Virus record (IMG/VR): IMGVR_UViG_2534682091_000016
Strand: one strand, 5' to 3'
DNA: 40,141 bases
From: a virus
Taxonomy: Duplodnaviria; Heunggongvirae; Uroviricota; Caudoviricetes
This document shows, piece by piece, positions 9,608 through 18,224 of the stretch. Each line of letters begins with the position of its first letter. The stretch's first letter is position 1. The position numbers and the translations under genes are program-made. Under the pieces are notes generated by a model. It had not been told where the DNA came from, made no database searches, and saw only the letters and a program-made list of their open reading frames with translations.

Positions 9608-10060
9608 GGCTCTGCATTACCCGTTGGTGTCCCTGTTCCATGGCCTTCCGCCACTCCGCCAACAGGCTGGCTGAAATGCAACGGCGCGGCTTTTTCTGCT
9701 GAAGAATACCCGGAACTGGCAAAGGCTTATCCGACAAATAAATTGCCTGATTTACGTGGTGAGTTTATTCGCGGCTGGGATGACGGGCGCGGGGTTGACT
9801 CTGGACGAGGTTTATTGACGGCGCAGGCGGAAACAAAGATAACTAACCACCACGGCAATGGCGGTAATGCTGATGATATTTCGGCTGGTGTTTCCGGTTC
9901 ACCTCCCAAAAACTTTGTCAGAAACGCGGATTCGGCAGTTAATGCTGGTTCTGGTTTTACCGCTTTTGGCTCTGGAAATTTGACAATGAATGGTGTTACT
10001 TCTTATTTCGGTGTCCGTCCACGCAACATCGCATTTAACTACATTGTGAGGGCTGCATAA
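9596..10060 (+). CDS. Alternative tail-fibre C-terminal cassette (silent in this orientation)
   Basis: Frame opens with the shared GLGE junction codons at site 1 and encodes a collar-type tail-fibre C-terminus (PVGVPVPW...GWLKCNGA...LPDLRGEFIRGWDDGRG); no own promoter or start expected. Confidence 0.65.
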   Translation, partial: GLGEGSALPVGVPVPWPSATPPTGWLKCNGAAFSAEEYPELAKAYPTNKLPDLRGEFIRGWDDGRGVDSGRGLLTAQAETKITNHHGNGGNADDISAGVSGSPPKNFVRNADSAVNAGSGFTAFGSGNLTMNGVTSYFGVRPRNIAFNYIVRAA

Positions 10061-10665
10061 TGGATAGCACTGTATTAAATAGCGAGTTTATTGCCACGAA
10101 GGCGGGGAATATTACTGTCTATAATTATGATGGTGAAACACGGGAATATATTTCCATATCGACTGAATATCTTGCCGTTGGTGTCGGCATTCCGGCATGT
10201 TCCTGTTTAGATGCTCCAGGCGCATACAAAGCTGGTTATGCAATCTGCCGTTCTGCAGATTTTAACTCATGGGAATATGTGCCAGACCATCGCGGTGAAA
10301 TTGTCTATGGCATCGAAACGGGGGAATCAAAAGAAATTACTGTGCCGGGGGATTACCCTGAAAATACGACCACTTTTGCCCCATTAACGCCATACGATAA
10401 ATGGGATGGTGAGAAATGGGTAACAGATACCGAGGCACAGCATAGCGCCGCAGTAGATGCAGCAGAAGTACAGCGCCAGTCTCTGATTGATGCTGCTATG
10501 GCTTCCATCAGTCTGATTCAGCTGAAATTACAGGCCGGGCGGAAACTGACGCAGGCAGAAACAACCCGGCTTAACGCTGTGCTGGATTACATTGACGCGG
10601 TGACGGCAACAGATACCAGCACCGCGCCTGATATTATTTGGCCTGTATTCCCTGAGACTGATTAA
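10060..10665 (+). CDS. Tail fibre assembly protein (Tfa/gpG/U family), alternative-orientation copy
   Basis: 201 aa, start overlaps the stop of the alternative fibre cassette (ATGA-type junction); size and character of phage tail-fibre assembly chaperones. Confidence 0.65.
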   Translation: MDSTVLNSEFIATKAGNITVYNYDGETREYISISTEYLAVGVGIPACSCLDAPGAYKAGYAICRSADFNSWEYVPDHRGEIVYGIETGESKEITVPGDYPENTTTFAPLTPYDKWDGEKWVTDTEAQHSAAVDAAEVQRQSLIDAAMASISLIQLKLQAGRKLTQAETTRLNAVLDYIDAVTATDTSTAPDIIWPVFPETD

Positions 10666-10855
10666 CCTCAATTAGTATTGGTTCGCCTTTCTCATTAATT
10701 GTTAGCTCCATGCCCTGAGGAATTTCTGTCATAGTAAAAAACCAGTTGTCCTCCGGTAATTCAATAGCCCCGGTCACGTCATGAAGACCGGGGATTACTT
10801 CAGTCAAAGTAACTGGATTAAACAGGCGCACAATAAACCCTCCAGGAAAAAGCAT
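10634..10855 (-). CDS. Short ORF after H (possible truncated tail fibre assembly protein for the current orientation)
   Basis: Only minus-strand reading frame available between the H stop and the convergent Tfa gene; under 75 aa and overlapping both neighbours. Confidence 0.25.
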   Translation of the reverse strand: MLFPGGFIVRLFNPVTLTEVIPGLHDVTGAIELPEDNWFFTMTEIPQGMELTINEKGEPILIEVNQSQGIQAK

Positions 10856-12209
10856 TTGATGATGGTCTGCCGTCGTACATCTGGCAGCGGGCATAAAAGC
10901 CGGTATTTGTTACCTGATCATCCACGATCATTGAAACGTGAACATTATTAGGTGTGCTCTCGTAATCCGTTCTTATTCTTTCCGCGATACTGATAAAACG
11001 TGAAAGTTTAGGCAGTGCAATTGGGTAAACAACTTTAGCCAGTCCATTATCATTAGATCCACCGGTTCCAAATACTTCTATTGCACCATCTGACCAGCGT
11101 ATCCATGCACCATTGGCATTAGCTCCTCGCTGAATGACATATCTGGCTTCTCCCAAACCAAGGTATGCGAGAAGACCAGCTACATCCTTTCCACTCAAAT
11201 TGGTAAGCGTATTGTCCAGCGGTTGTTTACCTGCCAGCGCATTAAGCATTGTCGTGGCAAAGTTCGGATCATTCCCCAGTGCCGCCGCCAGTTCGTTCAG
11301 TGTATCCAGTGCCGCAGGTGCAGAACCCACCATTGCTGCAATCGCTGATTTCACAAAAGCTGTAGTGGCAATCTGTGTATTGTTGACCGACTGTGCCGCA
11401 GTAGGTGCTGTTGGCGTTCCGGTGAGTGCCGGACTCGACAGCGGTGCTTTTAGTGCCAGCGCATTGTTAATGGTGGTACTGAATTTCGGGTCATTGTTAA
11501 TGGCTGCGGCAATTTCTTTCAGTGTGTCCAGCGTGGCTGGCGCACCGTTAATCAGAGCAGTAATAGCGGCCTGAACAAACTCAGTGGTCGCAATCCGCGT
11601 GGTGTTATTTCCTGCTGCAGGCGTCGGCGCTTTTGGTTCTCCGGTAAATGTCGGATTATGTTTCTGCGCATACTGGGTATGAGGATCTTGTGCGGCAATG
11701 TGGTTTCTCATCTGGTCATCCACATACAGCTTTAATTCCAGGACTTCATCATCCACGTATTTACGGGTTGCCAGCACTACAGCAGGGTCGATTTTCAGGG
11801 TGATATTGTCCGTACTGCTGGTAATCAGCACCATGCGCACGGTCTGGGTGCGCCCGCTGCCTTCAGCCAGTTGCGGCTTATAGCTTTCCGGGCAGTTGCC
11901 CACGGCAATCAATGCCCCGGACTCATCAAACAGGCCCACTTCACGTATCCACCAACCGCCCTCGTTTTCAGGGATCACCTGTTCAGCAATAATCTGGCTG
12001 CTGTTCTGCGGGTCGATATAAAGCATATTCAGCGCAGCCCGGCGTTTCTCATTTACCAGTGCCGTCTGCTTTGCGTCCGGAGTTGGCAATACTCCGCCGC
12101 CATCGCCCACCGCCATATGGGTAATTTTTAGCGGCACACCGAGCGCGGCGGCGCTGGCAAGTTTCGCCGCGCCAATATCCGTCAGCAGGGTATAAAATTT
12201 TGTGCTCAT
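10818..12209 (-). CDS. Tail fibre protein H (constant N-terminus plus currently expressed variable C-terminus)
   Basis: 463 aa with tandem Ala/Thr-rich fibre repeats (TTAFVKSAIAA, ATLDTLKE/NELAAA); crossover site 2 lies inside it at the LAYLGLGE codons. Confidence 0.85.
   Translation of the reverse strand: MSTKFYTLLTDIGAAKLASAAALGVPLKITHMAVGDGGGVLPTPDAKQTALVNEKRRAALNMLYIDPQNSSQIIAEQVIPENEGGWWIREVGLFDESGALIAVGNCPESYKPQLAEGSGRTQTVRMVLITSSTDNITLKIDPAVVLATRKYVDDEVLELKLYVDDQMRNHIAAQDPHTQYAQKHNPTFTGEPKAPTPAAGNNTTRIATTEFVQAAITALINGAPATLDTLKEIAAAINNDPKFSTTINNALALKAPLSSPALTGTPTAPTAAQSVNNTQIATTAFVKSAIAAMVGSAPAALDTLNELAAALGNDPNFATTMLNALAGKQPLDNTLTNLSGKDVAGLLAYLGLGEARYVIQRGANANGAWIRWSDGAIEVFGTGGSNDNGLAKVVYPIALPKLSRFISIAERIRTDYESTPNNVHVSMIVDDQVTNTGFYARCQMYDGRPSSNAFSWRVYCAPV
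11148..11173. repeat. Invertase crossover site 2 (gix/hix-like, 26 bp), inside H
   Basis: TTCTCCCAAACC-AA-GGTATGCGAGAA, in inverted orientation relative to site 1. Confidence 0.75.
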
Positions 12210-12811
12210 GGATTCACTCTCATTGTGTCAATAACATGGACCGCCCCGCCTTCATGCGCGGTGCCACCGGAAATAATCGTTTCGTTGATATACGGATAGA
12301 TCGTGATTTCTTCGCCAAGATAGCTGGCAACCCCCATCCAATGTGGGCCGCTGGTCTGCAGATTGATGGACATGCCGATCATGTGACGGCTACATGGTTT
12401 GGCATCACTTATCAGCCTCTCAAGTTCCAGATAGGTATCTTCAGTGATGCCCTGGTCCTGCACGCCGATATCCAGGCGAAACGTTCCCGGTGCTTCTCCG
12501 GTCTGCCACCATTCAATAATGCGGATCAGGAAGCCGAACGGCTCCACCACCCGCCGCACAGCACTGGTGGTTCCTTTATGCTGATGTATATAAAAAGCAT
12601 CCTTCACCACCTGGCGTTTGACGCTTTCTGTCCAGCTCTCGTCCCAGCGATCCACAGAGAACGCCCAGGCGAGATAAGGCAGGAAACTGACTGGACAGGT
12701 TGCCGGATTCCACAAGTCACGCAGCGGCACCTGCAAATCAGAAATCCCGCTGCACGCTTGCGCCAGTCGGCGCTCCAGTGGCGTTGAACCCGGTGGCAGC
12801 AGACTATTCAT
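12206..12811 (-). CDS. Baseplate protein gpI
   Basis: 201 aa, 4-nt overlap with H start, P2 gpI position. Confidence 0.8.
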   Translation of the reverse strand: MNSLLPPGSTPLERRLAQACSGISDLQVPLRDLWNPATCPVSFLPYLAWAFSVDRWDESWTESVKRQVVKDAFYIHQHKGTTSAVRRVVEPFGFLIRIIEWWQTGEAPGTFRLDIGVQDQGITEDTYLELERLISDAKPCSRHMIGMSINLQTSGPHWMGVASYLGEEITIYPYINETIISGGTAHEGGAVHVIDTMRVNP

Positions 12812-13712
12812 CAGTTCCCCCGTTGGTTACGCTCCACTGCGTACATGATGCCGCCTGCGTTTTGTTCAGGACCACATCCGCCAGCGGCGAAGCCAGTTCC
12901 ACACGCTGCACACCTTCAACATGCAACGCGGCAAAGATGGCGCTACGGCGAATATCCCGACCAAGCCGCGTCTGACTGGCGATGTACTTCTGCAGGCTGG
13001 CTTTTGCCGCTGCCATTACCGGCTCTGCTTCTGGTCCCGGATAGAGAAAAATGGTGGCTTCCACGCGGTACGGGATGATTTCTGCACTGCGAACCGTCAG
13101 ACGGTCAGCCACCGGGCGGACGTTCTCACTGTTCAGAGCTTTTTCCACCACGTCCAGCAGGTCTTTTTCTGCAGTTCCATCGCCTTCGCGGCTAAGGACA
13201 GTCAGCACCACCTCTGCAGGTGCCGGGCTGGTTGCACTGGCATCCGCCACCCGACCGTCGGCGCTTCGGGCATGAAATTCATAAGCTGCAGTTGGCCCCG
13301 CAACTGAAAGCCCTTCAAAGGCTGCAGGCACACGCAGGCGTAACGCTTCATCGCTTTCCATCACAGCTGCAACGGGCGGCACAGCGTCATTATCAGCAGG
13401 CGTCACCGTCAGGCGTTTCACGTTGTAGTTGGCAGCGAGCTGGTCAAGATCGCTGCCCATCGCGTAAGCCACCATCACAGCCTGCGCGGCTTCGTTAATG
13501 CGCTGGCGCAGAAGCAACTCACGGTAAGCGTTCTCCTGCAGCAATTTGGTGACGGGTTCAGATTCCAGTTCCAGCGTGCGGATCACTGCTTCCTGCTCAT
13601 CTTTCGGATGAAGCGCCACAAATTCTGCCTTGCGTTCGGCAAGCAGCGTCTCAAAGTCCGGCACATCCACAATCTGCGGCGCAGGCAACTGCGAAAGGTC
13701 AATCACTGCCAT
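12804..13712 (-). CDS. Baseplate protein gpJ
   Basis: Start placed at MAVIDLSQLPAP, which resembles the P2 gpJ N-terminus and overlaps the gpW stop; longest ORF extends to 13751. Confidence 0.8.
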   Translation of the reverse strand: MAVIDLSQLPAPQIVDVPDFETLLAERKAEFVALHPKDEQEAVIRTLELESEPVTKLLQENAYRELLLRQRINEAAQAVMVAYAMGSDLDQLAANYNVKRLTVTPADNDAVPPVAAVMESDEALRLRVPAAFEGLSVAGPTAAYEFHARSADGRVADASATSPAPAEVVLTVLSREGDGTAEKDLLDVVEKALNSENVRPVADRLTVRSAEIIPYRVEATIFLYPGPEAEPVMAAAKASLQKYIASQTRLGRDIRRSAIFAALHVEGVQRVELASPLADVVLNKTQAASCTQWSVTNGGTDE

Positions 13713-14058
13713 TCTCTGCTCCTGTTGATACGGAAAGGGAAACAGGCACACCGTTATTACGCCGCCCGGTCAGCTCCACCACCATTGAACCGTCAAAATT
13801 GCTGTTGATGGTGATGGAATCCAGCGTCAGCCGTGGCTCCCAGCGACTCAGCGCCACATACACTGCCGACATGACCTGCAGGCGTAATGCCGGATTTTGT
13901 GGCTGGGCTATCAGTGTCGACAGCAGGGAACCATATTCACGACGGGCAATGCGGCTACCCTGCGGTGTCAGTAGAATGTCCCGCACCGACTGACGCAGAT
14001 GGTCAATATCAGTAATGGCTTTACCGCTGGTATTGTTCATCCCGATATAAAGCGTCAT
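13699..14058 (-). CDS. Baseplate wedge protein gpW
   Basis: 119 aa between V and J, P2 gpW synteny. Confidence 0.8.
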   Translation of the reverse strand: MTLYIGMNNTSGKAITDIDHLRQSVRDILLTPQGSRIARREYGSLLSTLIAQPQNPALRLQVMSAVYVALSRWEPRLTLDSITINSNFDGSMVVELTGRRNNGVPVSLSVSTGAENGSD

Positions 14059-14633
14059 ACCGGGCCTCCGGTTGTATCGCCGCCTTTCAGGACGCCAGTA
14101 TGCTGATGCGCATCAACCACGATCCCGTTAGAACTCATCGCTCCGCCGCCCTGGGTAACGCCACCATTGATCACCACTTCACTGTTAATGCGCGTGCGGT
14201 CAGCCTCCAGTACAAACTCACTGGTTTTCATGGTGATGTTGTCAGCGGCCTCAATGACCATTGATTTGATGCCCCTGACATGCCAGCGTCCGGTGGCGGG
14301 TTCGTATTCAAACCAGCCACCGTCAGGATGTTCTGTCACGCAGGCGTCCGCCGACGTCGACGGTGGCGCGAACTGATTCGAATAGATGGCGGGTAACGCA
14401 AAGGCGGTTTCCAGATTGCCGCCCAGACTCAGCAGCACCACCTGCTCACCTTCCGATGGTCGCCACCATGTGCGGGCATTCCCGGCACGCAGCGTCAGCC
14501 AGCTGATCCAGTTAGTTTCAAGCTCGCCCGTTTTCACCCGGCAAAGCCAGTTTTCCCGGTCCACTTCGGTGACTACACCTGTGCGGATCAGGTTGGTGAT
14601 AAGGCGCATGATTTCGGTTAATTGTGCGTTCAT
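14055..14633 (-). CDS. Baseplate spike protein gpV
   Basis: 192 aa; N-terminus and C-terminal HTGxxxGGxTxxP motif resemble P2 gpV. Confidence 0.85.
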   Translation of the reverse strand: MNAQLTEIMRLITNLIRTGVVTEVDRENWLCRVKTGELETNWISWLTLRAGNARTWWRPSEGEQVVLLSLGGNLETAFALPAIYSNQFAPPSTSADACVTEHPDGGWFEYEPATGRWHVRGIKSMVIEAADNITMKTSEFVLEADRTRINSEVVINGGVTQGGGAMSSNGIVVDAHQHTGVLKGGDTTGGPV

Positions 14634-14669
14634 AGGGAAAGGTTGCCATCAGGGGAAGAAAGGCGGCAG

Positions 14670-14687
14670 TGCCGCAACTTGTATCAG
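14670..14687 (-). promoter_or_regulatory. Possible late promoter activator site (TGT-N12-ACA) upstream of V
   Basis: TGTATCAGTGCTGGTACA in the S-V intergenic region; only 36-53 nt from the V start codon, so spacing is atypical. Confidence 0.3.
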
Positions 14688-14701
14688 TGCTGGTACAAAA
14701 A

Positions 14702-15148
14702 TCACCCCGCCAACCATTGCAGAATCATGTCGCGGGTCATTGCCTCAACATCATCATTTACGCCCAGAAGGCGACGCTCTGCGTAACGGACCTCCGGTCC
14801 TTTGCGGCTGACGCGATCACGCAGGCCATAATGGTGAACGCGGGCAATGCGCTGCACCTTACCTTCAAACTGCACGCTGGCAGAATCCTCGCTGGCGGCG
14901 GTTTTCAGGTATTTTGTGGTGCGAAGTTTTGTAAACATCTGCCGTTTGATACGGCCTTTTTTACTGCGTGCTGTTACTCGCCTCGGTTCATAGCTGCTGC
15001 CATCAGGATTGAGTTGCATCCTGATGTTCTGCTGCTGTGTCCGGCGCAGTTCCTGCGCCAGCTGGCGCATCATGCGGCTTCTTGCGGCTGGTTCCAGATT
15101 CGCCAGCAAAGCACTCAGCCAATCGTCCACCTTCTGCAGTTCAGCCAC
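14702..15148 (-). CDS. Tail completion protein gpS
   Basis: 148 aa, P2 gpS position after R. Confidence 0.75.
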   Translation of the reverse strand: MAELQKVDDWLSALLANLEPAARSRMMRQLAQELRRTQQQNIRMQLNPDGSSYEPRRVTARSKKGRIKRQMFTKLRTTKYLKTAASEDSASVQFEGKVQRIARVHHYGLRDRVSRKGPEVRYAERRLLGVNDDVEAMTRDMILQWLAG

Positions 15149-15593
15149 GTTTCACCGTCCACATTTCTTCAGGTTCATCGGGTTCCGCTACCGCTTCAAC
15201 ACTCGACACACTGCCGTCAGTGCTGACCAGCACACGCTCCGTCAGTTGCAGGTTAAGGCTGATATCACAGACATCGTTGCGCAAAATATCCACCTCAAAG
15301 GTGAATAGTTTTTCCCGTAACGCCGGGTTATTGATGGCATCGGGCTGGTTATCACGCAGCCACAGCAAAACCGGGGCCATCAGCAGATTCTGGTCGCCGC
15401 TGAAATCCTCAATCACCACGTTGAGGGTATAACGGTACTCCCATGACATGGAGCTGGCCCCCGTGGCAACCAGCGAACCGTTATCCACAAACAGATGCAG
15501 TTTGTCCGGGTTATTGCGGACATAAGGCACTGCTTTATTGAGGGCGTGGCGCAGGGACTGTGGTTTGTTCACTGTTTCGCTCCTGACACGCAA
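15141..15593 (-). CDS. Tail completion protein gpR
   Basis: 150 aa, P2 gpR position after the lysis genes. Confidence 0.75.
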   Translation of the reverse strand: MRVRSETVNKPQSLRHALNKAVPYVRNNPDKLHLFVDNGSLVATGASSMSWEYRYTLNVVIEDFSGDQNLLMAPVLLWLRDNQPDAINNPALREKLFTFEVDILRNDVCDISLNLQLTERVLVSTDGSVSSVEAVAEPDEPEEMWTVKRG

Positions 15594-15825
15594 TAATCAT
15601 GTCCACTTTGTCTGCACAGACCGCCCAGGCGGCCTCCGTTTCATCCAGCAATGCGTTCAGATCACCGTTAGTGCGCGGCGCTGCCTGCTCCAGCCGACAC
15701 GGCGTCACTCGCGGACAACCACTGACGGTAAGCTGCACCTCCGGTGAGTGCCGGACGTTCCCGCAGCCGGATAATGTCAGCAGGCAAAGGAGTATCAGCC
15801 CAGCGGCGTAAATCCTCGTTCTCAC
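15535..15825 (-). CDS. Outer-membrane spanin lipoprotein (LysC/Rz1-like)
   Basis: Lipoprotein signal with lipobox (LLCLLTLSGCG); out-of-frame overlap with the LysB gene, as for Rz/Rz1 and P2 lysB/lysC. Confidence 0.65.
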   Translation of the reverse strand: MRTRIYAAGLILLCLLTLSGCGNVRHSPEVQLTVSGCPRVTPCRLEQAAPRTNGDLNALLDETEAAWAVCADKVDMIIACQERNSEQTTVPAPRPQ

Positions 15826-16096
15826 GTTTCAGTTCCTCGATCCGGCGTTGTTGTTGTCTCAGCAGTGCGCTGGTCTGTTCTGCTTCGGCGTAGAGCCGCG
15901 CCTGCTCCCGATTGTTGGTTTCAGCCAGAATGGACAGACCGATCAGCTGGCTGTTTTTCTTCGTCAGTTCTTGCGCTTTACTTTTCAGCGCCGCGCGCTG
16001 CGTTTCGATGGTGTGGCTGGCGCTGTTAAGCCGCCACGACTGCCAGCCCAGCGTAACGAGTGCCAGCGCCCCCACTACTGCCAGCGCACGCGTCAT
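15668..16096 (-). CDS. Inner-membrane spanin (LysB/Rz-like)
   Basis: 142 aa with N-terminal TM helix and coiled-coil body, directly after the endolysin gene. Confidence 0.7.
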   Translation of the reverse strand: MTRALAVVGALALVTLGWQSWRLNSASHTIETQRAALKSKAQELTKKNSQLIGLSILAETNNREQARLYAEAEQTSALLRQQQRRIEELKRENEDLRRWADTPLPADIIRLRERPALTGGAAYRQWLSASDAVSAGAGSAAH

Positions 16097-16608
16097 AGTC
16101 CAGCTCCTTTAAGGCACCAGGCCATCTCCCGCGCACGGCGGTTATCCAGCCCCTGATTAAACACACCTTTTACATACACCCAGCGCGGCAACTGTCGGCA
16201 CGCATCCGCCCAGCGCCGCTGATTGAGCAATTTCACCAGCGTGGAACTGCAGGCATTGCCCGTACCCACGTTGAAGGCAAACGACACCGCAGCGTCATAC
16301 ACCTTCTGCGGCGGCTGTTGCTTCACACACCTTTCCAGCGCCCGCTCCACACGCAGCACGTTGGAGATCAGCCCTTCTGCTGCCTGTCGCTCCGTAATGG
16401 TTTTGCCGGGAATGACGCCCGACGTATTACCAATGCCGTCGGTCCAGACACCCGCGCTGCACTGATACGGCTGCAGACGACAACCTTCGTAATCGGCAAT
16501 CAGTTTCAGTCCCTCCACGGAGGTGTGAAGCTGCTGAAAACCCGGCAGCGTGGCAGCAATAGCCAGCACGGTCCCGACAAGGCAGCGTTTAACGATTGAT
16601 GGATTCAT
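16093..16608 (-). CDS. Endolysin, lysozyme type with N-terminal signal-anchor-release segment
   Basis: 171 aa; hydrophobic N-terminus (LVGTVLAIAATL) followed by a lysozyme-like domain (EG...DxxGxxTxGxG); follows the holin gene. Confidence 0.8.
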   Translation of the reverse strand: MNPSIVKRCLVGTVLAIAATLPGFQQLHTSVEGLKLIADYEGCRLQPYQCSAGVWTDGIGNTSGVIPGKTITERQAAEGLISNVLRVERALERCVKQQPPQKVYDAAVSFAFNVGTGNACSSTLVKLLNQRRWADACRQLPRWVYVKGVFNQGLDNRRAREMAWCLKGAGL

Positions 16609-16804
16609 AGTCCTCCCGCGAGATCTGCCCGTCGCGCAGAAGCTGGTAGGCTTTGTGTTTGTAGTACCAGTTGATAGCCAGCATCAGCACACCAATCATC
16701 AGGCCGCCCAGCGTTGAGGCATCTTTGATGGACAAATCGCCCAGCCAGGCCAGCACGACGGCGATGCAATACGTGATAAAGGCGCTGATTCGCTCAAGCG
16801 TCAT
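16589..16804 (-). CDS. Holin (small, two-TM)
   Basis: 71 aa with two hydrophobic helices and charged C-terminus, immediately upstream of the endolysin. Confidence 0.7.
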   Translation of the reverse strand: MTLERISAFITYCIAVVLAWLGDLSIKDASTLGGLMIGVLMLAINWYYKHKAYQLLRDGQISREDYESINR

Positions 16805-16807
16805 AAT

Positions 16808-17011
16808 TCAGTCCCATAGCTGGACGGTCTGCACGGTGGTGGTGGTCGGAATGTCCGGCAGCTCCACCTGCAGCCCGTGAGGTAAAAAGGGGCCGTATTC
16901 GGCAAGCCCCGGATTTGCCTTCAGTACCTGCTCCGTGACACCCTGCGTGCGCCCGTAATGACGCCAGCAAAGCGCGTCCACCGTGTCATACTGATGCGCA
17001 CGCACTTTCAT
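16808..17011 (-). CDS. Tail protein X
   Basis: 67 aa; MKV...DTVDALCWRHYGRT...VLKANPGLAE...LPHGLQVELPD closely resembles P2 gpX as recalled. Confidence 0.85.
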   Translation of the reverse strand: MKVRAHQYDTVDALCWRHYGRTQGVTEQVLKANPGLAEYGPFLPHGLQVELPDIPTTTTVQTVQLWD

Positions 17012-17538
17012 CAGATAAGCTCCACTGTGCAGTGCGGCGCGTCCTGCACCCGGCTGATGGCCCAGCGGGCGTCACGCCACAAATCACCGCTGGCTTCTGC
17101 CAGTTCTTCGCCTCGCTTCACACCGGATGCCGTGGCGTCATAGTCCTGGTATCGTTCGTTGAGCATGGCGCGTGCCCAGCAGTAAACCGCGTTGAAATAG
17201 TGCTGAATGCGCTCACTTTTGCCGTCCAGCTGCTCCGCCGGAACCTCTGCCAGCGAGGCATATCCCAGCATCTGCTGGCGTCTGCGAAACTCATACAACT
17301 CTGCGTTGACCTCCGAAATTGCCGACAGCGCAACCTGCTTTAAACGCGGCTGCGTCACCGTGCCGGCAGTGCGCATGACACTGCGAAACTCCGACAGGTC
17401 CACATCAGGCCAGAACGGCGTGTTTCTGATGATTTCCGCCTGTTCCGGTGCCTGTTCTGGCGCAACAAACTTCATGCTGCTTTCTCCTGAAATAGAGGGC
17501 GGTGGACGGGGTTTTGATGTGGCAGTGCCTTTCGCCAC
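17011..17538 (-). CDS. Head completion protein gpL
   Basis: 175 aa, P2 gpL position between M and X. Confidence 0.75.
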   Translation of the reverse strand: MAKGTATSKPRPPPSISGESSMKFVAPEQAPEQAEIIRNTPFWPDVDLSEFRSVMRTAGTVTQPRLKQVALSAISEVNAELYEFRRRQQMLGYASLAEVPAEQLDGKSERIQHYFNAVYCWARAMLNERYQDYDATASGVKRGEELAEASGDLWRDARWAISRVQDAPHCTVELI

Positions 17539-17570
17539 CCCGTGCCGCCCGTGCGCGGGGGCACGTTCTG

Positions 17571-18221
17571 TCAGCGGCTGTCATTGCGCAGTCTGCGCTC
17601 CAGCTGCTGTTTGTCTTTTTTCACGCCACAGCGGGGATCGAGCTGTAACGCATGGTTGAGATGATTAAGGGCGGAAGCCGGGTTGCTTTCACTCAGGACA
17701 GCGCCAATCGCTTTATGCAGACGCGCCCGTGACTGGTCCGGCATATCCAGACCGTCTGTCAGCTCCAGCGTCTGCAGCAACAGATCGGCATCAAAGCCGG
17801 TGGCGGCAAGCATTGCGCTCTGCGCCGCGTCTGCCATTTCCTCTGCCAGCACGGTCTGCACATTGCGATTACCCAGCGGCATCACCCAGCCATGACGCAG
17901 GGCATGACGCCCGATCTCCAGCGCCCCGGCATAATCTCCGGCATCAATGCGCCACAGCATCACGTACATCAGCACGTCATCCTGTTGAGCGCCTCCGGCA
18001 GTCAGGACCCCCTCTGCCCAGGCGACGTATTTCGGCAGCAGCTCCCCCTTGATTTCCGCTTTTTTGACCGTGGACTGAACGCCCTTGAGACGGCGGCGGT
18101 CTTCCGCCAGTTGCAGCAGCATCAGGTCATAGCCCGACGCGTGGCGAACACTGCCGCCCTCGCGGGCGGCCTGTTCAGCCTGAACGCGCAGGCGATGCTG
18201 CCGTGCGGGACTCAGGCTCAT
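17571..18221 (-). CDS. Terminase small (endonuclease) subunit gpM
   Basis: 216 aa, P2 gpM position after the capsid gene. Confidence 0.75.
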   Translation of the reverse strand: MSLSPARQHRLRVQAEQAAREGGSVRHASGYDLMLLQLAEDRRRLKGVQSTVKKAEIKGELLPKYVAWAEGVLTAGGAQQDDVLMYVMLWRIDAGDYAGALEIGRHALRHGWVMPLGNRNVQTVLAEEMADAAQSAMLAATGFDADLLLQTLELTDGLDMPDQSRARLHKAIGAVLSESNPASALNHLNHALQLDPRCGVKKDKQQLERRLRNDSR

Positions 18222-18224
18222 GGA

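Noticed and set aside
14670-14687. TGT-N12-ACA motif upstream of V as a definite late promoter
   Set aside because: The motif is present but only 36-53 nt from the start codon, too close for the usual position near -55 from the transcription start; kept only as a low-confidence feature.
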